From Candidatus Latescibacterota bacterium (lineage in GTDB: Bacteria > Latescibacterota > UBA2968), in contig OZ242311.1 of the NCBI GenBank assembly GCA_965207885.1, positions 1,856,001 to 1,920,000 on the forward strand: a DNA stretch of 64,000 nucleotides, written 5' to 3'. A model generated the notes under the pieces. The model did not search any database, had not been told where the DNA came from, and saw only the letters and a list, made by a program, of their open reading frames with translations. Below, one piece after another: positions 1 through 10,311 of the stretch. Both the position numbers and the translations under genes were made by a program. How positions within the stretch are numbered: the stretch's first letter is position 1; every line of letters begins with the position of its first letter.

Positions 1-647
1 AGCCTTTTACAAAAGATGAAATACGTAAACTTCGGCACGCTTATTACGCAAACGTAACACTCATAGATGAAAAAATCGGCGCAATCGTCCAGGCATTAAA
101 AAATAGCGGCACCTATGACAACACCCTCATATTCTTCACCAGCGACCACGGCGATTTCATGGGCGACTTCCAGCTCATGGCAAAAGGACAAAACATAATG
201 GAAGTGCTCATGCGCATACCCTTTATAATCAAACCCCCCAAAGGCGGCGTACGCGGAAAACAGGAAACATCTCTCATCTCGGCAATTGATATTGCAGCCA
301 CATGTCTGACCGCCGCAGGCGCAGAAGTGCCCGAACACATGGCATCACGCGACCTGTCTCATTATTGGTCCCACGCGGAAGACCTGGATGACCGGGACGA
401 ATTGTACATGGAAGCATCGGGCATTCGGTGTTTGCGCACCCGGCGCTGGAAAATAGGGTACTATTGGAACAAACCCTATGGTGAACTCTACGACCTGAAA
501 AACGACCCGTGGGAAAAAGAAAACCTGTGGGACCGCCAGGAATTAACAGCGTTAAAATCCAAATTACAAAAACGCTTACTGGACAAACTGATTGAATTAA
601 GCCCGCGGTCTTATATCGCGTGGAATCACGGCGCACCTGAGTTATAA
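1..647 (+). CDS. Sulfatase family protein, C-terminal part (5' end outside window)
   Basis: Frame open from the window edge; FTSDHGDFMGD motif, 'RIPFII', 'ELYDLKNDPWEKENL' sulfatase C-terminus. Confidence 0.85.
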   Translation, partial: PFTKDEIRKLRHAYYANVTLIDEKIGAIVQALKNSGTYDNTLIFFTSDHGDFMGDFQLMAKGQNIMEVLMRIPFIIKPPKGGVRGKQETSLISAIDIAATCLTAAGAEVPEHMASRDLSHYWSHAEDLDDRDELYMEASGIRCLRTRRWKIGYYWNKPYGELYDLKNDPWEKENLWDRQELTALKSKLQKRLLDKLIELSPRSYIAWNHGAPEL

Positions 648-659
648 GGAACCTCGTAT

Positions 660-1679
660 ATGAACGGATATCGGATTGGAATTGTAGGATGCGGTGGGAT
701 AGCACATCGGCACATTGCGGGATATCGGAAAGTCGCGCACGACCTGGGAGAAGTCGTCGCAGGATGTGACATAGACAAAGAGCAACTAAATAGATATTGC
801 GACCAATACGACATACCCAACCGCTTCACAAATGCGGCAGACATGATCGCATCGGGAGAAGTCGATATCATCAGCCTGTTAACACCCCCTGCTGTGCGCC
901 ATGACGTAATCTTCCCCGCAATTGAAAAAGGTATCCATCTCCTCGTCGAAAAACCATTCGGCGAAACATTGTGCGATGCAGTCTCCTTTGTCGAAGCCGC
1001 GGAAAAAGCAGGCGTAACCCTGGCGGTCAACCACCAACTGGGATTCATGGAAGACGTCGTCGCAATGCGCGACATCATCAACTCGGGTGATATTGGCGAC
1101 ATACGTTATATATCGCACGACGAATTAAAAAACAGGACCCGGGTACGCGGGTGGCGAAGCCGGGAACAGCGCCTGGAAATCAGTATCTTCAGCATACACC
1201 TCATCGACCGCATCCGCACACTGGCAGATAGACCGCCCCAAAGCGTATCAGCCGTAACCCGCCATTGGAATCCAGACGTCAAAGGCGAAACCTTTACCAG
1301 CTTGACAGTACAATTTGAAAATGGCATCGTCGGCACCATGATCTCCAACTGGCATGGCTTAACCCTATCGGAATGTCGATTGCGCATAGACGCCACAAAA
1401 GGCTCTGTACTATCAGTCAAAAAAGTCGTACTTGACGACACAGCCACATTGCACATCCATCCCCTGAATAAAAAAAAGGAAACACGCGAATTCAATCGCG
1501 AAGGGGCATTCACGCACGCAATGGGTGAAAGCATGAATCACCTGATGGACTCGGCGCGGCGCGGCGCAGAACCCATGCACAGTGGGCGAGGGAATTTACA
1601 CACCATGCAAATTGTCGATGCGGCCTATTTATCGGCACAACGCGGCGGACAAATGGTAGAAGTAGCGGAAATAAAATAA
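660..1679 (+). CDS. Gfo/Idh/MocA family oxidoreductase
   Basis: IGIVGCGGIA Rossmann motif, LLVEKP motif, IHLID. Confidence 0.9.
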   Translation: MNGYRIGIVGCGGIAHRHIAGYRKVAHDLGEVVAGCDIDKEQLNRYCDQYDIPNRFTNAADMIASGEVDIISLLTPPAVRHDVIFPAIEKGIHLLVEKPFGETLCDAVSFVEAAEKAGVTLAVNHQLGFMEDVVAMRDIINSGDIGDIRYISHDELKNRTRVRGWRSREQRLEISIFSIHLIDRIRTLADRPPQSVSAVTRHWNPDVKGETFTSLTVQFENGIVGTMISNWHGLTLSECRLRIDATKGSVLSVKKVVLDDTATLHIHPLNKKKETREFNREGAFTHAMGESMNHLMDSARRGAEPMHSGRGNLHTMQIVDAAYLSAQRGGQMVEVAEIK

Positions 1680-1695
1680 TACTGGAGGAACGGAA

Positions 1696-2496
1696 ATGAC
1701 CACAGATTGCCCCACAACCCCTGAAGATATCGCGCAATATCAAAAAAAGGGCTTCATCAGCTATCCCAACTTCTTCACGCCCGAAGACCTCTGGGAACTC
1801 GCAGACGCGCTCGACCACGCCGTAGCAATCAACCGCGCCAGAATCAAAGGCGCAGAAAACGCGGGACGAGGCAGACCCGAATACGAACTCGTATTTAACC
1901 AAATGGTCAACCTCTGGACCGACTATGCAGGCGCGCGAAAAATCGCCCTGAACAAACGCCTCGCAGAATCCGCCCGCCGACTATCACAAGCCAAACAAAT
2001 CCGCATCTATCACGACCACGCACTCATAAAACCACCCGGCGTCAAAAGCCGGGAAACCAACTGGCACCAGGACTTCCCGTACTGGTCTGGCATGGACCGT
2101 CCGGGCGCACTCTCCGCCTGGATCGCAATCGATGATGTCTATATCGAAAACGGCTGCATGCACTTCGTCCCCGGAAGCCACAAATTCGGCAAACAAGAAA
2201 GCGTGAGCCTGACCACTCAGGGCGCAAGCATCGTCCAAAAAATGAAAGAACGCGGACACAAAGTCGCCGAACCGGAAACCATAGAACTGCCAGCCGGCGG
2301 CGTCACCTTCCACCACGGATGCAACTTCCACTATGCGGGACCAAACCTCAGCGACAAACCCCGCCGCGCATTTGCCATCATCTACATTCCCGACTACGTC
2401 CTCTTCACCGGCAAAAATGACGCAGCGGGCGCGCAAGACGAAATGGAAATCGGCAAACCCTGGGATCACCCCCTGCATCCCGTAATCGCCGGATAG
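1696..2496 (+). CDS. Phytanoyl-CoA dioxygenase (PhyH) family Fe(II)/2OG dioxygenase
   Basis: WHQD facial-triad motif, NGCMHFVPGSH, FHH..H.AGPN..RRA; GGAGG RBS. Confidence 0.9.
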   Translation: MTTDCPTTPEDIAQYQKKGFISYPNFFTPEDLWELADALDHAVAINRARIKGAENAGRGRPEYELVFNQMVNLWTDYAGARKIALNKRLAESARRLSQAKQIRIYHDHALIKPPGVKSRETNWHQDFPYWSGMDRPGALSAWIAIDDVYIENGCMHFVPGSHKFGKQESVSLTTQGASIVQKMKERGHKVAEPETIELPAGGVTFHHGCNFHYAGPNLSDKPRRAFAIIYIPDYVLFTGKNDAAGAQDEMEIGKPWDHPLHPVIAG

Positions 2497-2508
2497 AGGA
2501 GGCTCAAA

Positions 2509-3471
2509 ATGTTGACCCGTGAACAATGTGAATCATACCAGCGCGACGGCTATCTCTTAGTCCCCGACCTCTTCTCAAAAGAGCAACTGGCACCCGCGCT
2601 CGAAGTCGCAGAACAAAATGCCTACGGCAAATCTCACGAAGAATTCAACGCCGAAATAGATGCCCATCCCGAAATCGCAGAAACACTCATCAGACCAAAA
2701 GGCCGCCGCAGCTTTGGCGGACCCCGTGCGGAGTTTCACGACATCCCAACGGGAATTGACGCCATTGACCGCACCCTTGAACACGAACCCTTTTTAGACG
2801 CCCTCTCCCAACTCTTAGACACACCCGACATGCACTACCACCACGGCTTTGTCTATGCCCGCAGCGGCCGCCTGGACCGGGGAACCCCTAAAGAACCCTG
2901 GCAGGGCTTCCACATCGACTGGGCAAAACCCCTGCTACCCCCGCACCCGGAATGGCAACGCTACGGCCATATCCAGGCCTGGGTTTATTTAACCGACAAC
3001 GACGCAGACTGCGCCCCGGTCCGCGTATTGCCCGGTGCACACAGCAAAATGAACAAACTCATCCGCGACCCACTCGGAACAGAACACGCATCTTATCGCT
3101 TTGACGACATCCGCAAACTCCCCTTCAAATTCGAACCTGTCACCGCCACGGGAAAAACCGGAACCGTACTCTTTTACAGCTCACACACGCCCCATTCAGC
3201 ACAGGCATTCACCAACCCCAGAAAACAACGCGCAGTCCTCTTCTACGCAGTGGGCCGCAGAGACACCAGCACCTGGACACTCACGGAAAAACGAGACATA
3301 CAAGAACGCGGACGCCTGCGTCCCTTCCTGACAAAAACCACCGCAAGAGCACGCAGCCTCTTTGGCTGGCCCAATCCCGGCGACGACTTCTATACACCAG
3401 AAACGCTTAACCTCATCAAAAACGCCTATCCAGAAATGGACCTCAGTCCATATAAGGAATCTCGCCTATGA
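2509..3471 (+). CDS. PhyH family dioxygenase
   Basis: 'YQRDGYL' N-terminus, FHID, WVYLTD, LPGAH, distal His and Arg. Confidence 0.85.
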   Translation: MLTREQCESYQRDGYLLVPDLFSKEQLAPALEVAEQNAYGKSHEEFNAEIDAHPEIAETLIRPKGRRSFGGPRAEFHDIPTGIDAIDRTLEHEPFLDALSQLLDTPDMHYHHGFVYARSGRLDRGTPKEPWQGFHIDWAKPLLPPHPEWQRYGHIQAWVYLTDNDADCAPVRVLPGAHSKMNKLIRDPLGTEHASYRFDDIRKLPFKFEPVTATGKTGTVLFYSSHTPHSAQAFTNPRKQRAVLFYAVGRRDTSTWTLTEKRDIQERGRLRPFLTKTTARARSLFGWPNPGDDFYTPETLNLIKNAYPEMDLSPYKESRL

Positions 3472-5237
3472 CAGAACGCCCCAATGTAATCCTGATCTTA
3501 ACCGACGATCAGGGATATGGGGACTTGAGTTGCACGGGCAATCCCGTATTGCAAACGCCACACCTGGATCAATTATACGACCAGAGCGTGCGCCTGACCG
3601 ACTATCACGTAGATGCCATGTGTTCGCCCACAAGAGCCGCGCTCATGACCGGGCGATATGCCGCGCGCACCGGCGTATGGAGCACCCTGCGGGGCCGGTA
3701 TATCATGCGCCGGGACGAAATCACCATCGCCGACGCATTTGCGGACTCGGGCTATCGAACCGGCATCTTTGGCAAATGGCATCTGGGCGACAACTATCCC
3801 TATCGCCCTTTTGACCGGGGATTTCGGGAAACCCTGAGCTTTGGCGGCGGCGTAGTTGGAGAAATCCCGGACTACTGGGACAACGACAACTTTACCGCAA
3901 CATACCTCCGAAACGGCGCACCCGAACCGCACTCCTGTTATTGCACAGACGTATGGTTCAACGAAGCCATGCAATTTATGGAAACAGATCCGGAGGCCCC
4001 ATTCTTCTGCTACATCTCCACCAACGCCCCCCATGGCCCGTTCAACGTACACGAAAAATACAGCGCACCTTATTTGCAACAGGGAATACCAAAACAGCGC
4101 GCGCGATTTTACGGCATGATCGCAAACATCGACGAAAACATCGGACGCCTCCGCCAGTGGCTCGCGGACAAGGAACTGGCAGAAAACACCATACTGATCT
4201 TCATGGGAGACAACGGCACATCCATGGGAACGGGAATAACCGCAGAAGGATATCCAACAGATGGATATAACGCGGGCATGCGCGGCAAAAAAACGTGGGT
4301 CTATGACGGCGGCCATCGCAACGCGTGCTTCATACACTGGCCCGCCGGAAAACTGACAGGCGGTCGCGATGTCGGACATCTAACCGCACACATCGACATA
4401 TTACCCACATTAATCGACCTCTGCAAACTCTCACCACCGGACGCAAAACTCGACGGCACCAGCCTCACACCCCTGTTGAACAACGCCTCTAACGACTGGT
4501 CCACACGCACCCTATTCGTACACCAGCAGCAAATTGATCACCCCAAAAAATACAAAGACTTCGCCGCCATGACCGACCGCTGGCGGCTCGTACACACGGG
4601 AACATGGCGCGCCCCACAATATGAACTATTCGACCACAAACGCGACCCCGAGCAAAAGCGCGACATAGCAGAACACCATCCCGATATCGTAAAAACACTG
4701 TGCGAAGACTATGAAAATTGGTGGGCTGACATCTCCCGGCGATTTGGCGAATACAGCGAAATCACAATCGGATCAAATCGCGAAAACCCCACAACACTAA
4801 CCGCGCACAGTTGGCACGGAAAAGAAGGAATTTACAGCCAGCGGCATGTGCGCCAAAAAGAGCGAGACAACGGATACTGGGCCATCGACATTGAACAAGA
4901 CGGAGAATACGAATTCGAACTACGCCGTTGGCCCATTGAAATCGACACATCGATCTGCGCAGCACTACCCGGCAGAACAGGCGTCCCTTATGTAGATGAT
5001 CTATTGCCGGGAGAAGCACTCCCCATCAAAACAGCAAAATTGCAAGTAGGCGACATCGTCCAACAAAAAGCAGTCAGCGAAAAAGACAAATACATCACCT
5101 TTCATCTATCACTCAAAAAAGGCTCAACCCGCGTACAGACCTGGTTTGACGATGGCATTGACGCACCACCCGGAGCCTACTATGTTTATGTGAAAAAAAT
5201 TACTAACATATTATCTGATAGACTGGATTGCGGCTAA
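3468..5237 (+). CDS. Arylsulfatase (formylglycine-dependent)
   Basis: [17 protein letters not shown] signature, GKWHLG. Confidence 0.93.
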   Translation: MTERPNVILILTDDQGYGDLSCTGNPVLQTPHLDQLYDQSVRLTDYHVDAMCSPTRAALMTGRYAARTGVWSTLRGRYIMRRDEITIADAFADSGYRTGIFGKWHLGDNYPYRPFDRGFRETLSFGGGVVGEIPDYWDNDNFTATYLRNGAPEPHSCYCTDVWFNEAMQFMETDPEAPFFCYISTNAPHGPFNVHEKYSAPYLQQGIPKQRARFYGMIANIDENIGRLRQWLADKELAENTILIFMGDNGTSMGTGITAEGYPTDGYNAGMRGKKTWVYDGGHRNACFIHWPAGKLTGGRDVGHLTAHIDILPTLIDLCKLSPPDAKLDGTSLTPLLNNASNDWSTRTLFVHQQQIDHPKKYKDFAAMTDRWRLVHTGTWRAPQYELFDHKRDPEQKRDIAEHHPDIVKTLCEDYENWWADISRRFGEYSEITIGSNRENPTTLTAHSWHGKEGIYSQRHVRQKERDNGYWAIDIEQDGEYEFELRRWPIEIDTSICAALPGRTGVPYVDDLLPGEALPIKTAKLQVGDIVQQKAVSEKDKYITFHLSLKKGSTRVQTWFDDGIDAPPGAYYVYVKKITNILSDRLDCG

Positions 5238-5295
5238 AACCCTGCCGCAATGACAACCCCCGTTCGTCACGCCTGCATGTTTTAAGCAGGCGTCC
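5225..5295. repeat. Palindromic REP-like repeat (ATGAC/GTCA-type); related copy at about 31138-31196
   Basis: GTCACGCCTGCATGTTTTAAGCAGGCGTCC (5266-5295) closely matches GTCACGCCTATATGCCTGAAGCAGGCGTCC (31167-31196); each is preceded by a half-element ending ATGACA. Confidence 0.6.
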
Positions 5296-5352
5296 AGTGG
5301 ATTCAGCCAAGAAACTTAACAGGCGACTATCTGAACAATAAGGAGTCTATCA

Positions 5353-6618
5353 ATGGCATCACGCGTAACGGGTGTTCCCCGACCGGTTGGTATATCTGTT
5401 TACGATCCCGAGCGTAGCTGGAATGGCTATACGGTCTATGCTGGCGGTGAAATAATTGATATGAACGGCAATCTGGTAAAGCATTTTGATTTATCACAAC
5501 TGGGCAAAATAATGCCTGGGGGGTATATACTCGGTGACCGGCGTTACAACGGCCCCCGCATGGAACGGGGGCGCGAACTCGTTCAGTTGGATTGGGATGG
5601 GAATGAAGTCTGGCACTACAATAAAACTGAGCAAATCGAGATTGATAAGAAAAAAATCTGGTCCGCCAAGCAACACCACGACTTTGAGCGCGAGGGCAGT
5701 CCAACCGGGTATTATGCGCCGGGTTTAGATCCCATTATAGAAGGCGGAAATACAATAGTGCTCGCAGCAAAAGAAGTGGAAAGGCCACATATCGCACCTG
5801 GCGTGCTGCATGGCGATTGTATTTTGGAAGTAAATTGGAACGGCGACACCGTGTGGGAATGGCAAAGCGTGGATCACTTTGATGAAATGGATTTCAGCGA
5901 AGAAGCAAAAAATGCGATTTACCGGGGAGGGCGCGTCGGAGCAGATCCCTATGACTGGGTACACTCCAACAGTGTATCCTATTTGGGACCAAACAAATGG
6001 TATGATGCTGGCGACGAGCGATTTCATCCAGATAATTTTATCTGGGATGGACGACATACCAACACAATCGCAATAATCAGCAAAGAGACTGGTAAAATCG
6101 CCTGGAAGGTCGGGCCAGATTATTCACTGACATCCGAACTGCGGGCATTGGGCTGGATCATTGGACTACATCACGCGCATATGATACCAAAAGGCTTGCC
6201 CGGTGAAGGAAACATCCTGGTATTCGACAATGGCGGTGCTGCTGGATATGGCGCACCGAATCCAGGTGCTCCCAACGGGAGGATGAACGCAGTACGAGAT
6301 TATTCTCGTGTGGTAGAATTCGATCCAATAACACTGGAACTCGTGTGGGAGTATTCCGCGCTCAAGGCGGATGGCGACCGGATCCGCGCCTGCCGTTTTT
6401 ATAGCCGACCGTGGAGTTCTGCACAGCGCTTGCCCAATGGCAATACACTGATTTGCGAAGGGGCAGGAGGTCGGCTTTTTGAAGTCACTCCCGAACTCGA
6501 AATTGTGTGGGAATTTATCAGCCCTCACGAAACGTGCTATCGCGCTTATCGCGTGCCATACGAGTGGATCCCACAACTGGACAAACCAGAGGAAATAGCT
6601 ATCACAATTAAAAACTGA
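5353..6618 (+). CDS. Aryl-sulfate sulfotransferase (ASST)-like beta-propeller protein
   Basis: QHHDF, DWVHSNS, HHAH, ILVFDNG, SAQRLPNGNTLICEG, YRAYR motifs; AAGGAG RBS. Confidence 0.8.
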   Translation: MASRVTGVPRPVGISVYDPERSWNGYTVYAGGEIIDMNGNLVKHFDLSQLGKIMPGGYILGDRRYNGPRMERGRELVQLDWDGNEVWHYNKTEQIEIDKKKIWSAKQHHDFEREGSPTGYYAPGLDPIIEGGNTIVLAAKEVERPHIAPGVLHGDCILEVNWNGDTVWEWQSVDHFDEMDFSEEAKNAIYRGGRVGADPYDWVHSNSVSYLGPNKWYDAGDERFHPDNFIWDGRHTNTIAIISKETGKIAWKVGPDYSLTSELRALGWIIGLHHAHMIPKGLPGEGNILVFDNGGAAGYGAPNPGAPNGRMNAVRDYSRVVEFDPITLELVWEYSALKADGDRIRACRFYSRPWSSAQRLPNGNTLICEGAGGRLFEVTPELEIVWEFISPHETCYRAYRVPYEWIPQLDKPEEIAITIKN

Positions 6619-6620
6619 CG

Positions 6621-6720
6621 TTTGTCATTTTGAGCGGAGCGCAGCGGAGTCGAAAAATCTACGACCAACGCAGGTGGAAGGGATGCTTCGGCTCCGTTTC
6701 ACTCCGCTCAGCATGACAAA
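6621..6720. repeat. 100-bp palindromic MITE/REP-like element
   Basis: TTTGTCATTTTGAGCGGAG...CTCCGCTCAGCATGACAAA terminal inverted repeat. Confidence 0.75.
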
Positions 6721-6765
6721 GTCCCCAAACCTGTGTAACATCAGTTAAATAGTAAAGGAGCATAA

Positions 6766-7902
6766 ATGAAAATCACTGATCTACACGTAATGCGCATGGG
6801 CACACCGGGACAGGGTGGAACAAACTGGACATTTGTAAAAATCGAAACCGACGCCGGCATATACGGATTGGGCGAAGCCAGTCTGCAATACAAGGACGAA
6901 GGATTAATAGCGGAATTTGGCGCATTCAAGCGATATTTAATCGGCAAAAACCCCTTTGAAATCGAACGACTATGGACATCCCTATATCGGCGCGTCACCT
7001 GGTCTGGCGGACCCGTAACCACCAGTGCCATCAGTGCCATTGACCTCGCCCTATGGGACATCAAAGGCAAAGCACTCGGCGTACCCGTATATGAATTACT
7101 CGGCGGCAAATCCCACGACAAAATACGCATGTACGCCAACGGCTGGCCCAGAAAAGGAAACACCCCCGAAGGCATCTTCGAAGGCGTAAAACAAGTCGTA
7201 GGTCAAGGCTATACAGCGTTAAAATTCTATCCCTTTGCCGGAGAACAAGTCGCAAAAATCGACCGAATAGAACACGGTGTCGCGCTCGTAGAAGCCGCGC
7301 GAGAAGCCGCCGGACCGCAAGTCGAAATCGGCATTGACATACGCGCACGGTTAAACATCTGGAGTGCGCGCCGGGTCGCACAAGCACTCGAACCATACAA
7401 CATCGCCTGGATGGAAGAACCCATCTTGTGGGACAACCCCGAAGCCCTCGCGCAATTTGCCCATGAAGTGCGCGTACCCATTGCAACGGGCGAACAACTG
7501 TACACCCGATGGGGATTCCGCTCACTATTAGAACTGAATGCCGTAGGCATCATCCAGCCGGACATCTGCCACGCGGGCGGCATCACCGAACTGAAAAAAA
7601 TCGCGGCAATGGCCGAAACATATTACGTAACCGTAGCACCGCACAACTCCAACGGACCAATCTCCACCATCGCCAGCCTGCACCTGGACCTCTGCATACA
7701 CAACAGTTTAATGCAGGAAATATTCCTATCCTCCATCGACCTCTACAACGAAGTCCTCACACAACCCATCGAAGTAATCGATGGCTATTGCATCCCACCT
7801 GAAGGACCTGGCTGGGGCGTGGATTTAAAAGAGGATATCCTGGCAAAATACCCCCCCAAACCATTTACACCCATAGAATCAGAGCCTTATGTAGAATTTT
7901 GA
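6766..7902 (+). CDS. Mandelate racemase/muconate lactonizing (enolase superfamily) enzyme, galactonate dehydratase-like
   Basis: AIDLALWDIKGKALGVPVYELLGG, WMEEP, ATGE, IIQPD, APHN. Confidence 0.88.
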   Translation: MKITDLHVMRMGTPGQGGTNWTFVKIETDAGIYGLGEASLQYKDEGLIAEFGAFKRYLIGKNPFEIERLWTSLYRRVTWSGGPVTTSAISAIDLALWDIKGKALGVPVYELLGGKSHDKIRMYANGWPRKGNTPEGIFEGVKQVVGQGYTALKFYPFAGEQVAKIDRIEHGVALVEAAREAAGPQVEIGIDIRARLNIWSARRVAQALEPYNIAWMEEPILWDNPEALAQFAHEVRVPIATGEQLYTRWGFRSLLELNAVGIIQPDICHAGGITELKKIAAMAETYYVTVAPHNSNGPISTIASLHLDLCIHNSLMQEIFLSSIDLYNEVLTQPIEVIDGYCIPPEGPGWGVDLKEDILAKYPPKPFTPIESEPYVEF

Positions 7903-7907
7903 AAGGC

Positions 7908-7975
7908 GGGCGACCACGGGGGGGCGCCCCTACAAACCACAACATCATCGTAGGGGACGGCCCCTGTGCCGTCCC
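7908..7975. repeat. GTAG-family REP doublet
   Basis: GGGCGACCACGGGGGGGCGCCCCTAC (7908-7933, reverse) and GTAGGGGACGGCCCCTGTGCCGTCCC (7950-7975). Confidence 0.75.
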
Positions 7976-7997
7976 ACCAATTTACACAGGAGAAACC

Positions 7998-9413
7998 ATG
8001 GCAATACAACTACCCGAAGGACCTTTTAAACCAAACTGGGAATCACTCTCAAATTATCGCGTTCCCGACTGGTATCAGAACGACAAATTTGGCATCTTCA
8101 TCCACTGGGGCGTATATTCTGTCCCCGCTTATGGAAGTGAATGGTACCCCCGCAACATGTATCAACAAGGCGCCAGAGAATTCGCGCATCACAAAGCGAC
8201 CTATGGCGAACACAGCAAATTTGGATACAAAGACTTCATCCCCATGTTCAAAGCGGAAAAATACGACCCCGACCACTGGGCGGACTTATTCCGCAAAGCT
8301 GGCGCCCGCTTTGTCGTCCCCGTAGCCGAGCATCACGATGGATTTGCCATGTACGACACCGCTCTATCGGACTGGTGCGCGAGCAAAATGGGGCCCAAAC
8401 GCGACCTCATTGGCGAACTCGCCGAAGCCGTACGCAAACAATGGCTGATATTTGGCCTATCGACACACCGCGCAGAACACTGGTGGTTCATGGATGGCGG
8501 GATGCAATTTGACTCCGACGTACAGGACGGACAATACGCGGGCTTATACGGACCCGCGCAGCCGAGAGACAGCCAGCCCAACGAAGAATTCTTAGACGAC
8601 TGGCTCGCGCGCACCTGCGAACTGGTCGATAAATACCACCCGCAAATCGTGTGGTTTGACTGGCGGATACAAGAACCCGCTTTCGCGTCTTACGTACAGC
8701 GTTTTGCAGCCTATTATTACAACCGCGGAGCCGAATGGGATCGCGGTGTCGCGATCAATTACAAACACGATACCTTTCCCCCAGAGGTCGCAGTTTACGA
8801 CATTGAGCGTGGACAATTAGACGACATCAACCCGCACTTCTGGCAAACCGACACCTGTGTGGCGAGAAAATCCTGGGGATATATCGAAGAAGAACGGGGA
8901 TACAAAAGCGCCTCGCAACTAATCGGCGACCTCGTGGATATCGTAAGCAAAAACGGCGCGCTCTTGCTCAACGTGGGACCGCGCGCAGATGGCACAATCC
9001 CCGAAGAAGAAGAGGCCCTATTGCTCGCAATCGGCAAATGGCTCACCGTAAACGGCGAAGCGATCTACGACTCGCGCCCCTGGAAAGTATTTGGCGAAGG
9101 TCCCACAGAAGTCACAACAGGTTCATTCACCGACACAAAGCGACAGATGTTTGGCGAACGCGACATCCGCTTCACCACGCGAGGGGATATCCTCTACGCA
9201 ACCGTATTGGCAATACCCGAAAAAGATGAAGTGACGATCCAATCGCTCGGCTCCTCCCTGCGTCTGCTAACCAAACAAATCGACAAAGTCGAACTGTTGG
9301 GAGCAGGAACGTTAAAATGGTCGCAAACAATGCGCGGACTAAAAGTCCAACTCCCCGCAGAAAAACCATGCGACCACGCGCTCGTCTTAAAAATCACGCC
9401 AGTGTCTGATTGA
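7998..9413 (+). CDS. Alpha-L-fucosidase (GH29)
   Basis: KFGIFIHWG, AEHHDGF, WFD, DIVSKNGALLLN. Start moved to the ATG at 7998 behind AGGAG; the ORF-track extension runs through the REP. Confidence 0.93.
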   Translation: MAIQLPEGPFKPNWESLSNYRVPDWYQNDKFGIFIHWGVYSVPAYGSEWYPRNMYQQGAREFAHHKATYGEHSKFGYKDFIPMFKAEKYDPDHWADLFRKAGARFVVPVAEHHDGFAMYDTALSDWCASKMGPKRDLIGELAEAVRKQWLIFGLSTHRAEHWWFMDGGMQFDSDVQDGQYAGLYGPAQPRDSQPNEEFLDDWLARTCELVDKYHPQIVWFDWRIQEPAFASYVQRFAAYYYNRGAEWDRGVAINYKHDTFPPEVAVYDIERGQLDDINPHFWQTDTCVARKSWGYIEEERGYKSASQLIGDLVDIVSKNGALLLNVGPRADGTIPEEEEALLLAIGKWLTVNGEAIYDSRPWKVFGEGPTEVTTGSFTDTKRQMFGERDIRFTTRGDILYATVLAIPEKDEVTIQSLGSSLRLLTKQIDKVELLGAGTLKWSQTMRGLKVQLPAEKPCDHALVLKITPVSD

Positions 9414-9421
9414 GGCATCCA

Positions 9422-10204
9422 ATGACATCCGATCACATACACTGGTCATTTCAGTACGATGGCAGAAGTCAGACTCCGCATTTTGGCAAGCTATTGATCG
9501 AAATACTAAATAGAGACACTACGCCAGCATCTCAAAAAAAATACACCGTCCTCCCGAACTACTGGAAAGGATACAAAGGGCGTGGCGGTGGAGAACCCAT
9601 GCGCGACCTGACAATTGGCGAAGTAGTAATCAACCGGAAGCGCGAACCATCGAAAAACTGGCATTACGACATCCAATTTCTCAACACCACAAGCGGCGAA
9701 AATCTGCACCTCGACTTCTATTGTGCGGACGACGACCTCTGCACCCTGCGAGACACCTGGCGCGTAATAGCGACCAATGGTGCAGGAGATAAATATCGCC
9801 AATTCACCTGTGAAGGACGCATCACATCACAGGGAATCACACTCGTCGTCAACAACACAACCCTACCCATCGGTCATCTCGAAAACACCCACCCCATCAC
9901 CTGCAACTGGACGCTATTCGACGTCATCCCAAAACTCGCACACCAGTTAAAATCTTCCGGCGAAAAAATCTCCCTCACAATCCTGGAAGACCTCGAAAAA
10001 GTCCGCACACCCGCACACATCGGCTACATGGAAGACTGCACTCTACCACTCGGCGACAGAACCCTGAAACTCTCCGGCTTCTTCGTCTATGGCACGGGCA
10101 TGCTACCCTCGTACTGGTGGATGGATCAACAAAGACAGGTCATCATCGCATCAACCACATTCCAAACCTTTGTGTTAGAAGGCCAGGTACATGACCAACA
10201 ATAG
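9422..10204 (+). CDS. Hypothetical protein
   Basis: 260-aa ORF in operon context with host-like codon use; no motif recognised. Confidence 0.7.
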   Translation: MTSDHIHWSFQYDGRSQTPHFGKLLIEILNRDTTPASQKKYTVLPNYWKGYKGRGGGEPMRDLTIGEVVINRKREPSKNWHYDIQFLNTTSGENLHLDFYCADDDLCTLRDTWRVIATNGAGDKYRQFTCEGRITSQGITLVVNNTTLPIGHLENTHPITCNWTLFDVIPKLAHQLKSSGEKISLTILEDLEKVRTPAHIGYMEDCTLPLGDRTLKLSGFFVYGTGMLPSYWWMDQQRQVIIASTTFQTFVLEGQVHDQQ

Positions 10205-10311
10205 AACGGATAGAGAGACTACGTATATAGGTAGATGAACTACTACAATCTGTCTAAGCACGATGTATTCGTTGATTCGTCTATTCGTTGATTCGCTTCA
10301 GGAGACGCGGC

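Noticed and set aside
7899-7997. N-terminal extension of the fucosidase; likewise the extended starts at 47993, 51124, 16072(-), 41471 and 56495
   Set aside because: They run through REP, promoter or neighbouring-gene sequence; downstream starts fit the family N-termini and mostly have clear RBSs.
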